Below, in pieces: positions 53,666 to 64,000 of a DNA stretch of 64,000 nt. The DNA is from Eledone cirrhosa (taxonomy: Eukaryota). Positions within the stretch are counted from its first letter, which is position 1; every line of letters starts with the position of its first letter. The notes under the pieces were generated by a model. The model had not been told where the DNA came from. It saw only the letters and a program-made list of their open reading frames with translations, and made no database searches. The translations under genes were made by a program, and so were the position numbers. The stretch is taken from the NCBI GenBank assembly GCA_964016885.1, contig OZ024743.1, positions 158,410,001 through 158,474,000 on the forward strand, in the 5' to 3' direction.

Positions 53666-53949
53666 ATATGGTTTTATAAATATAGTTTCCATTTATTAAT
53701 ATCATTAATAGCACCACTGACGATGTTGCAGTTGTGCAACGATAGAACTTTGTTAGACTATTTATATGTGTTTGTGTCTATATTATATCTGTATTTTTGA
53801 CCGTTAGTCAGTCAATGGTAACATTGAGGACCGAATAAATTAAATTAACCGATATAAAAGACACAGAAGCGAAAACCAACCAAACAGTGAGTGTGTTATG
53901 TTATTAATTCTGGCAATATTATTACACAAATATGACCCTCCCCAAATAT

Positions 53950-53993
<44 letters not shown>

Positions 53994-54033
53994 GATATTA
54001 AATAAATGGAAACTATATTTATAAAACCATATT

Positions 54034-54099
54034 TATTTCATTATATATATTTCAGGGATATCATATTAACAATATGCTATGCCTTCCTCAGACAAAATA
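54034..54099 (-). ncRNA. Minimal hammerhead motif, left PLE pLTR
   Basis: Reverse complement of 59265-59330. Confidence 0.8.
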
Positions 54100-54939
54100 C
54101 AATATAGACAGTTTTATAGATAAATAGATTTGACATACCGTTCAACATCGACTTGTATTTGAAAAGTTTATTTGGCAGGGAAAAAAATTGTAAACAGAAA
54201 GAAAGAAAGAGAGAAAAAAAGGAAAGAAAGAAAAGAAAGAAAGAAAACGAAGAAAAAGAAGAAAAAGAAGAAATGCATGGAACAAAATAGAGAGATGGAA
54301 AGATAGATAAAGAGAACTTCATGTAAAGAAACAGAGAGAGATATATATAGAGAGAGGAGATAGAGATAGATATATAGAGAAAAGTAGGTGGTTGGACATC
54401 CGTTGAATAAACGTATCAATGATACATTTATTTATTTATTTATTTATTTAGCTCTAGTATTAATGTAAGGGAGATATATGTGGTTAGGAGAGAAACCAGC
54501 TGTTATATAGAGAGAAAAATGAAAAGTAACCAGACATAGGCGAGGCATAAAAAACCTATGTTTTAATGTAGAAGTATTAGTATGTATAAAAACCAGGCAC
54601 TATAATGTAAATATCAGTATTCCTGAATGAGACACGTATCCATAATGTGTGAAAAGTAATGATCTTATGTTTAGTTTTAAAAATTCATATGTTTATATGA
54701 TAACTACAAACATCGATGTGAATTTACGTGATCAACTCTGCAAACCCCAATTTTCCACAGAGAACATTCTCATTGTGCTATAAAAATTTAAGTATACATA
54801 TATGTGTATATATATACACATATATATAGAGTCTATATTACTACTAATCTTGTCTTTACTCTACGTGATTATCTATCAAGCAGAAATAGAGAACAGATTT
54901 CAATATATTAATAAAAAATATCAGAAACAAAAACCAAAA

Positions 54940-55015
<76 letters not shown>

Positions 55016-55471
55016 TAATAAAATAGAAAACTAAAAAATATTACGAAAAAATATTACATATTAAAAATATTACATATTAAAAATAAAAATATTAGAAAAT
55101 ACTACAATAATAAAAACAAACCACAAAGATCAACCCTTCAAAATTAATTGACAATATATTGCCAAGTTCATTATAAGCATCAGAGTCGAAAACAGATAAA
55201 GCTAAAAATTATTTATCAAATCGCGTGTAGCAAAAATCATTTCAAAAAGTTTAGGATGCCCATTTGGTCTACATGTGTTCTTATATTTAATATAGAAGTT
55301 TATCTAGTGTAACGTTTATTCGAAATATTTGGAGCATCAACTTTTAAGGTAGTTTAATTTTCCACGAAGAATGTTTAAATAAAAATAAAAATAAAAAAGA
55401 AGAATAAAAAGAAGAAATCGAAAGATTTATCGGCTAGTTTCCCAAATAATTATAAATCAAACTAAATATAC

Positions 55472-56847
55472 TACATTTTAAATTTAAATTTATATTTAAA
55501 AGGTTGAGTTTAATCTATGTTTGCAGCAACTGAATAAATTTGTCCGTAGATTAAGGGAATTTTTAGATTTTAGTATAAAGAATATCTCCTCTGCGCAGAG
55601 GTCACATGTCTCAGAGGATGAATTAAAAGGAATCCCTTTTGAGACTATATTCCAAGCCGTCGAATATCTAACGTTATCTAGCTTAAATTGCCAGAGTACG
55701 CCTGGTAGTGCTGTTGAAGATTTTTTGCTTGGATCTGTGAAAGAATTCTTGTGGTTATTATAGCGAAGTTTAAATTCCGTCGATGTGGAACCGACGTAGT
55801 TAAAAGAATTAGAGTCAGTTTTAACATTACAATTGTATATTATATTTTTAACTAAGCAGTTGTTATTTAACGGACATTTAGATCTATCTCTACAGTTACA
55901 TTTGTTAACTTGTATATTATTTATGCTATTATCACTAGGTTTTAAGTTCCTATTATTTATTCTATTAATATTTTGTGCTAAATTTTTGGTGGATGAGTAG
56001 GTTAATTTTATAGTATGTCTATTGAAAATTGAGTGATACCTATGTGTTCTAGGGAAGCGATTATCAAGAGCTTTAAAAAATAGTTTAGCGATGTGGGTTT
56101 TAATGTTTAGTGAGAAAGGGGGGGGGGGGGGGGGCAAACCAAATTATGTTCCTAGTTCTATTTCTTTTTTGGCTTTTGGAATTATTGTAATGCTTTCTAT
56201 TATAGTTGTTAAGGTTGTTGCCGTAATTAAAATAGTTGTTATTTTGTTTAGTTTGTCTATCATTATCTATGTACATAATCTTATCACTATATCCTGCTCT
56301 AGCTAACGCTTCATTGTAGTACTGGGCTTTTTCGTCGAAAATTTTTCTATTGGATGAGATTCTAGAGATACGTTTTTGAACAGAGTTTACTATAGTGTTT
56401 TTGACAGATCTGGGGTGGTTAGAGTTAAAGCTGACATAGTTTAAGTTTTCATTCAACTTGTGAAAAGGATAGTGAAGACATGTGTTGAGATTTAATGTTA
56501 TATCTAGGAAATTGACTATTCTATGGTTGTTCTCAATTTCTATTTTAAGATTAAAGTAATTAAAAAATTGTGTAATTTGTTTACATTTTCTATTTAGTTC
56601 AGAGTTATTATTATCAATAAGTAAAAGCATGTCATCTCTATATAAACCTCCGGTAGTACCAGGTATTTTCCTATGTAGCGAATTGATTAAAAATAAGCCC
56701 ACAAGGTCAGTTACCTGAGCTGAGTCGGATGATCCCATAGTAATGTCAAAATTGCTATCTCTATCTGCTCTGGTCCATAGTTGGTCATTAAATTCTATCA
56801 ATGTTTTTCTAGCCGATAATATAATATGTATTTCATTGCTAGTTAGG
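55472..56847 (-). pseudogene. PLE ORF fragment: RT core, thumb and GIY-YIG endonuclease (frameshift in poly-G run at ~56120)
   Basis: FDITMGSSDSAQVTDLVGL, GGLYRDDML, VNFLDITL, SNHP, CNCR..CPL..C, IIY..YVGST..FKLRYNNH, CDLC.EE, LN.R. Confidence 0.9.
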
Positions 56848-56848
56848 T

Positions 56849-57925
56849 CTTAAAATAGAAATTGAGAACAACCATAGAATAGTCAATTTCCTAGATATAA
56901 CATTAAATCTCAACACATGTCTTCACTATCCTTTTCACAAGTTGAATGAAAACTTAAACTATGTCAGCTTTAACTCTAACCACCCCAGATCTGTCAAAAA
57001 CACTATAGTAAACTCTGTTCAAAAACGTATCTCTAGAATCTCATCCAATAGAAAAATTTTCGACGAAAAAGCCCAGTACTACAATGAAGCGTTAGCTAGA
57101 GCAGGATATAGTGATAAGATTATGTACATAGATAATGATAGACAAACTAAACAAAATAACAACTATTTTAATTACGGCAACAACCTTAACAACTATAATA
57201 GAAAGCATTACAATAATTCCAAAAGCCAAAAAAGAAATAGAACTAGGAACATAATTTGGTTTGCCCCCCCCCCCCCCCCTTTCTCACTAAACATTAAAAC
57301 CCACATCGCTAAACTATTTTTTAAAGCTCTTGATAATCGCTTCCCTAGAACACATAGGTATCACTCAATTTTCAATAGACATACTATAAAATTAACCTAC
57401 TCATCCACCAAAAATTTAGCACAAAATATTAATAGAATAAATAATAGGAACTTAAAACCTAGTGATAATAGCATAAATAATATACAAGTTAACAAATGTA
57501 ACTGTAGAGATAGATCTAAATGTCCGTTAAATAACAACTGCTTAGTTAAAAATATAATATACAATTGTAATGTTAAAACTGACTCTAATTCTTTTAACTA
57601 CGTCGGTTCCACATCGACGGAATTTAAACTTCGCTATAATAACCACAAGAATTCTTTCACAGATCCAAACAAAAAATCTTCAACAGCACTATCAGGCGTA
57701 CTCTGGCAACTTAAGCTAGATAACGTTAGATATTCGACGGCTTGGAATATAGTCTCAAAAGGGATTCCTTTTAATTCATCCTCTGAGACATGTGACCTCT
57801 GCGCAGAGGAGATATTCTTTATACTAAAATCTAAAAATTCCCTTAATCTACGGACAAATTTATTCAGTTGCTGCAAACATAGATTAAACTCAACTTTTAA
57901 ATATAAATTTAAATTTAAAATGTAG
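56849..57925 (+). pseudogene. PLE ORF fragment: RT thumb plus GIY-YIG endonuclease, open but 5'-truncated
   Basis: ORF 56942-57925 and the upstream in-frame LKIEIENNHRIVNFLDITL. Confidence 0.9.
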
Positions 57926-58380
57926 TATATTTAGTTTGATTTATAATTATTTGGGAAACTAGCCGATAAATCTTTCGATTTCTTCTTTTTATTCTTCTTT
58001 TTTATTTTTATTTTTATTTAAACATTCTTCATGGAAAATTAAACTACCTTAAAAGTTGATGCTCCAAATATTTCGAATAAACGTTACACTAGATAAACTT
58101 CTATATTAAATATAAGAACACATGTAGACCAAATGGGCATCCTAAACTTTTTGAAATGATTTTTGCTAGACGCGATTTGATAAATAATTTTTAGCTTTAT
58201 CTGTTTTCGACTCTGATGCTTATAATGAACTTGGCAATATATTGTCAATTAATTTTGAAGGGTTGATCTTTGTGGTTTGTTTTTATTATTGTAGTATTTT
58301 CTAATATTTTTATTTTTAATATGTAATATTTTTAATATGTAATATTTTTTCGTAATATTTTTTAGTTTTCTATTTTATTA

Positions 58381-58444
<64 letters not shown>

Positions 58445-59264
58445 TTTTGGTTTTTGTTTCTGATATTTTTTATTAATATATTGAAATCTGTTCTCTATTT
58501 CTGCTTGATAGATAATCACGTAGAGTAAAGACAAGATTAGTAGTAATATAGACTCTATATATATGTGTATATATATACACATATATGTATACTTAAATTT
58601 TTATAGCACAATGAGAATGTTCTCCGTGGAAAATTGGGGTTTGCAGAGTTGATCACGTAAATTCACATCGATGTTTGTAGTTATCATATAAACATATGAA
58701 TTTTTAAAACTAAACATAAAATCATTACTTTTCACACATTATGGATACGTGTCTCATTCAGGAATACTGATATTTACATTATAGTGCCTGGTTTTTATAC
58801 ATACTAATACTTCTACATTAAAACATAGGTTTTTTATGCCTCGCCTATGTCTGGTTACTTTTCATTTTTCTCTCTATATAACAGCTGGTTTCTCTCCTAA
58901 CCACATATATCTCCCTTACATTAATACTAGAGCTAAATAAATAAATAAATAAATGTATCATTGATACGTTTATTCAACGGATGTCCAACCACCTACTTTT
59001 CTCTATATATCTATCTCTATCTCTCTCTGTTTCTTTACATGAAGTTCTTCTCTTTATCTATCTTTCCATCTCTCTATTTTGTTCCATGCATTTCTTCTTT
59101 TTCTTCTTTTTCTTCGTTTTCTTTCTTTCTTTTCTTTCTTTCCTTTTTTTCTCTCTTTCTTTCTTTCTGTTTACAATTTTTTTCACTGCCAAATCAACTT
59201 TTCAAATACAAGTCGATGTTGAACGGTATGTCAAATCTATTTATCTATAAAACTGTCTATATTG

Positions 59265-59330
59265 TATTTTGTCTGAGGAAGGCATAGCATATTGTTAATA
59301 TGATATCCCTGAAATATATATAATGAAATA
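59265..59330 (+). ncRNA. Minimal hammerhead motif, right PLE pLTR
   Basis: TATTTTGT-CTGAGGA-AGGCATAGCATATT-gtt-AATATGATATCCCT-GAAA-TATATATA-ATGAAATA. Confidence 0.8.
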
Positions 59331-59532
59331 AATATGGTTTTATAAATATAGTTTCCATTTATTTAATATCGTAAATATACTCCAAATACTTGTCGAGTGC
59401 TTTTATATCAGTTATAAATATTTACTAGTTGTAACCCAACAATTTAAATATAACTTTCCATGTATATATATATATATATATATATTAATGAAAAAGAACA
59501 AAGGAACTATTATGACATTATAACAAGTTTAT

Positions 59533-59579
59533 TGCCGACAGCCGTTTCGTCCGACCATATGGTGGGACTTTTCAAGGCA
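59533..59579 (-). ncRNA. Hammerhead-like motif with variant core (UUGAAAA)
   Basis: Reverse complement TGCC-TTGAAAA-GTCCCACCA-ta-TGGTCGGAC-GAAA-CGGCTG-TC-GGCA-ATAAA. Stems I and II pair well; GUC triplet present. Confidence 0.6.
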
Positions 59580-59632
59580 TATAACATGTGATTGTAAGTT
59601 CATTATTTACATCAACGTATCACTTAAAACTA

Positions 59633-59727
59633 GCACTCAATTTAAAAATACATGCAACCTCCATCATTTCGTCAGAGACAGTCTCTGACGAAATGATGGA
59701 GGTTACATGTATTTTTAAATTGAGTGC
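59633..59727. repeat. Near-perfect 47-bp-arm hairpin with 1-nt loop
   Basis: GCACTCAATTTAAAAATACATGCAACCTCCATCATTTCGTCAGAGAC-A-GTCTCTGACGAAATGATGGAGGTTACATGTATTTTTAAATTGAGTGC, one mismatch. Confidence 0.95.
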
Positions 59728-60002
59728 CACTGCCTTCAGTGTCTAGCAATTTCTAGACATCTCTATCATAGAAACAATTGTTAGACTGTAAATAAATTTT
59801 CTTGTTTGTACTGTTGACCATGTTATTCTTCACTTTTTCGATTTTATCACTCCAAGATATACTTACATAGGAATACAAGTGAAGTCATTAACTCGCCATC
59901 CACGTTAACCTCTTGTTGAGTCACACAACGCCGTACGCTTAAACTATCCATGATAAGTAGTTTTCACAACCTCTTATCGGATTACCTTTAACGATATCTT
60001 GT

Positions 60003-60070
<68 letters not shown>

Positions 60071-60229
60071 GTGTATATATACATATACATACATGTGTAT
60101 ATATATGCTGAGGCTGCGAGCTTATAAGAGAAAATATATTATAACAAATACGCGTGCAAATACATAAATATACACATGGCATAGACACAAGCGTATAAAC
60201 ACAAATACATACATGCCCAAATACATACA

Positions 60230-60300
<71 letters not shown>

Positions 60301-60302
<2 letters not shown>

Positions 60303-61581
60303 GTTATTCCAGGTTGAATCGGAGGTAACCACAGTAAGTAAGGTACTCAATACATTGCAGAGTATAAAAGTTTTAATATAGATGAGATTCTACAGGACTA
60401 GAACTGTTTCATTGTTTAGAAATCATCAGGAATCTGGGTATCAAAAAATAAATAAGGTATTTATAGGTCTCTTAAATGGAAAATACTCCAGAAAGCGCGC
60501 TCTTACAACGGAGGACACAAGGGCTGCGACCTTTGTATCTCAGAGAGCTATGAAATTTTATTCGCCAAGGGCCCGCTACTGAACAAACTCTCTGAACACT
60601 GCCCGAACTGCACGCACAAGAACTTTGCAACTTTCAAATACCTTAAGCCAGTGTTAAAGCCCGATGGCTAAAAACGACTTCCTCCTTTTAGCCCCTCTAC
60701 CTCCTTCCCACCCCACCCAACCCTCCTCAACCTGAAATACGGCCACTATGGTTATGTGAGTACCTCTTACCTATCTGCATTTTCTGCCTGTAGAGGTGTT
60801 TTTATGTGCCTGTGTATATGCGTATATTTATTGAGTACTTATTTGTATATATATATATATATATAAACATTAGAAGAAAGGTGAATACTGCGTGGTTTGA
60901 CATGGGTTACATATGATAAAAATAGTCCTTCGTCAGTGATTTGCCAACCATCATTGATATTTCATCGCATTAAAAATCATATACCTCAGGTTGGTGCGAG
61001 CAATAACTAAAAAAAGCTATTGGGACAAGTAAATCGCGTAAAGCGAGTGAGACAAGTAAACAACATAGAAGGATGAAAGCAACGCAAATATGGGAATAAA
61101 CAAGCAACATGGTTATCCGGTCAGCATAAGCTGGGTGGATTTCATGAGCGATCAAGATACAGACCGTCCGACGTGAGTGAGATGTGAGCAAGAAGAGAAC
61201 CCACTACTAGCCAAACGGGAGGAAGTGAGAAGGGGAGAAACAGAGAGTGAGTGAGTGGAAGTGCGAGGAAGAGGTCAGTCGAGAGAAAGTGTAACTGACA
61301 GAGGGGGAGAAAGAAGATGAGAGCAACAGAGAGAACGAGGAAGCAGTAAGAGAGAAACAGACAAACGCAGCCGAGGTAAATATATATAAAAAACATGAGA
61401 AGAAAGAAGAATACTGCGTTGTTGCACATGGGTTACATATGATAAAATAGTCCTTCGTCAGCGATTTGCCAACCATCATTGATATTTCATCGCATTAAAA
61501 ATCATGTACCTCAGGCTGGTGCGAGCAATAACTAAAAAAAGCTATTGGGACAAGTAAATCGCGTAAAGGATGAAAGCAACG

Positions 61582-61677
<96 letters not shown>

Positions 61678-61873
61678 TTAATATAGATGAGATTCTACAG
61701 GACTAGAACTGTTTCATTCATTAGAAATCATCAGGAATCCCATTCCTGATGATTTCTAATGAATGAAACAGTTCTAGTCCTGTAGAATCTCATCTATATT
61801 AAAACTTTTATACTCTGCTATGTATTGAGTACCTTACTTACTGTGGTTACCTCCGATTCAACCCGGAATAACG

Positions 61874-61874
<1 letters not shown>
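60301..61874. mobile_element. Inverted pair of ~134-bp pLTR-like arms (60301-60434 / 61742-61874) abutting (TA)n, plus a nested perfect hairpin 61674-61806
   Basis: ACGTTATTCC..GGAGGTAACCACAG...AAATCATCAGGAAT and its reverse complement. The arms contain CTGATGA..GAAAC. A related remnant lies at 46172-46290. Confidence 0.8.
60862..61585 (-). repeat. Partial tandem duplication, ~525-bp period, with a degenerate hammerhead-like motif in each unit
   Basis: 60862-61085 is repeated at 61385-61585. The minus strand has CTGACGA-AGGAC at 60930-60936 and 61455-61461. Confidence 0.75.
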
Positions 61875-61899
<25 letters not shown>

Positions 61900-61909
<10 letters not shown>

Positions 61910-62420
61910 TCCTCATTTGCTTGGGCTCTCAATTTAATAAGTTCAATTTCGGTTTCATGTTATCAAGTTCCATTCTTTCCCTGGGACGTCTTTGTATCTC
62001 GAGTTCGTTTGGGATGGATTTAATTTGTAGTTTGCTGGGAAGGATTAATGAGGATTAGTTAATCCATTTTTCATAGATCTCCGCTTTGTTATTATTTTGT
62101 ATCATCTTCCAAAAGGGGAATTTCCTGTTTTTAAGCGATGTGTACTCTTGTGGTATTAATTTGTTTTTTATTTGGTAAGTTGTAAGTGTATTGGTGTCGT
62201 GTGGTTTCTCGTTTGCTTGAATGGGATTTGTATTGTTATTAAACTGTGTTTTGATTGTTTCACATAAGTTGTTGATATTGTCGTTGATTTCATAGGATGT
62301 GTATTTGGGGATTGTTTCTTCATTTGTTGGCGAGTATTGACAAATCAGTGTTTATTTTCTGCAGTTCTTGGAGTATCTCTTGATTGATGTTAATGAGAGT
62401 GGAGTCTGTTTTTGTTTGAG
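61900..62420 (-). mobile_element. Possible decayed N-terminal ORF region of a retroelement (PLE-like)
   Basis: Minus strand translates SLKNRKFPFWKMIQNNNKAEIYEKWIN*SSLILPSKLQIKSIPNE in Asn/Thr/Lys-rich sequence. No catalytic motif was seen. Confidence 0.35.
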
Positions 62421-62860
62421 TTGGCATTTTCAGTATTTCGTGTGGGAGTAAGTAATAATAAAATGTGGAGAAGAAACACACGATTTGGAATATATATATA
62501 GAGAAAAAAACGATTATTAGGAAGAAAAATATTTTTTTTTCCGTTATTTTTTCCCGGGGTTAGAAAATGTTTAAAACAAATTATTTTACTTTCTATGAAG
62601 TGACAAAACATTAATTAATTTATTTATTAATTAACAATAACATTAATTTATTTATTTATCTATTTATTTATTAATTAACAATTACCAGTTTCAGCATTTT
62701 ATGCATTTTCAAATTGTGTGAGTGGGAGAGAAAAAAAAGGAATTTATGTTTGTACAAAATGTAGAACAGAAATAAAGTTGATGTTAAACATGCTAGAGGA
62801 AGTAATGGAGGTAATGGGAAGAGGAAATAATATTATATAATATTATATATACACATATAT

Positions 62861-62913
<53 letters not shown>

Positions 62914-63170
62914 CTTGTGTGTTAGGTAATTCCGAAGAAAAAGCAAAGGAAAAACGAGTGCTCTTTGTATAAACAGAGCTAAAAATATTTTAATGTTGAA
63001 AGTATGTGATAAAGGCCCAGGGTGGTTAAAATAAGAGAGAATGTTCAGGAAAAGATGAAGTCAATAAGTGAATAATATAAGTGTAAAATAAAATAAAGTA
63101 AAATAAAATAAAATAAGTGTTGAATATGTAAAAAAAGTTCAGGATGTTTATGTGTATGTGTGTATGTATA

Positions 63171-63251
<81 letters not shown>

Positions 63252-63292
63252 AATACTGTTGGCTTCTTGCTACAATAACTTCTATACTTTTC

Positions 63293-63323
<31 letters not shown>

Positions 63324-64000
63324 TTTCGTTTCTGAATTTGTTTAGCAAGATTCTTTATCTGAAATCGTGTGTTGAAACCGATATTGTTATACTTTGGGAG
63401 GGTCATGTTGCCAATAAGAAACACACGCACCAGTTGCTTTCACTTCAATTTATTATAATAAATTTATAATAAATTTATAAATTTATAAATTTCTGGTTGG
63501 TTGGTTGGTTCCACAACCAGATAGTTGTTTATATATAGGCATAGTTCTTTCGTCACACACTCTGTGACCTCTTCAGTGACTGGGGATTCCTTTCTTTGTT
63601 TCTGTGCCTCTCCCTTGTTCTGTCCTACGTCATTTTGTTTCTGTGTGTGTGTTGTGTGCTCAGTCTGCGCATGCGCCACATCCGGGTGTCTGTGTGTGTT
63701 TATGTTCATTTATTTATTTGTTTATTTACATGTTACTGGTTGGTTGTTTGTTCTATGTGTGTTTTCATTTTGTCCTTAATTGTAAGTTGTGATGTTGCTG
63801 TTCCACTCATATTTTCTATTTAATTTTGGTTGTAATTCTTTTATGTTTATTGCCTCTGTAATTTGTCTAAACATTGCGTCTTTTCTGTGTGTAGATTCTA
63901 TTTTTATTTCTATGTTCTCTAATTTACTCTTGCGTTCTATTTTAGCATGTTGGTAGAGTACAGATGATTCTTTATTATCTTGAAGGTCTCGCCAGTGTTC

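Larger units (their letters stand above)
53992..59461. mobile_element. Penelope-like element (RT plus C-terminal GIY-YIG) as a divergent inverted pair of 5'-truncated copies between (TA)n tracts
   Basis: Arms 53992-56550 and 56848-59372 are near-identical reverse complements. The spacer 56551-56847 is extra 5' sequence of the left copy. The right copy has a ~90-bp unique 3' extension. Confidence 0.93.

Noticed and set aside
53717-53760. CTGACGA-TGTTGCA-gttg-TGCAAC-GATA hammerhead-like motif
   Set aside because: GAAA is replaced by GATA and no stem I or III is evident; at best a decayed copy.

Overview
AT-rich, microsatellite-dense animal genomic DNA. The repeat repertoire suggests an octopus or other coleoid cephalopod (inference, not a database match). 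It is almost entirely intronic or intergenic, with one convincing host exon (34247-34408, coiled-coil). Main contents: (1) a ~14.5 kb head-to-tail array of five Tx1-clade LINE copies (one full-length), most separated by (ATCT/ATCC)n microsatellite, consistent with an (ATCT)n-targeting family. (2) An (ATT)n cluster holding a second Tx1 family, an R4/Dong-type RLE element and a tRNA-derived Deu/Nin-like SINE whose 3' end resembles the Tx1 3' end. (3) Decayed RTE LINEs with a partner SINE, a mariner, piggyBac-type MITEs, and CRE, Helitron and Chapaev3-like remnants. (4) From ~41.7 kb, a field of (TA)n/(CA)n-anchored foldback structures, including a 5.4 kb palindromic Penelope-like element (PLE; RT plus C-terminal GIY-YIG) and several short non-coding palindromic elements carrying minimal hammerhead ribozyme (HHR) motifs of several sequence families. 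All coordinates and alignments were read by eye; family names come from motif recognition only.
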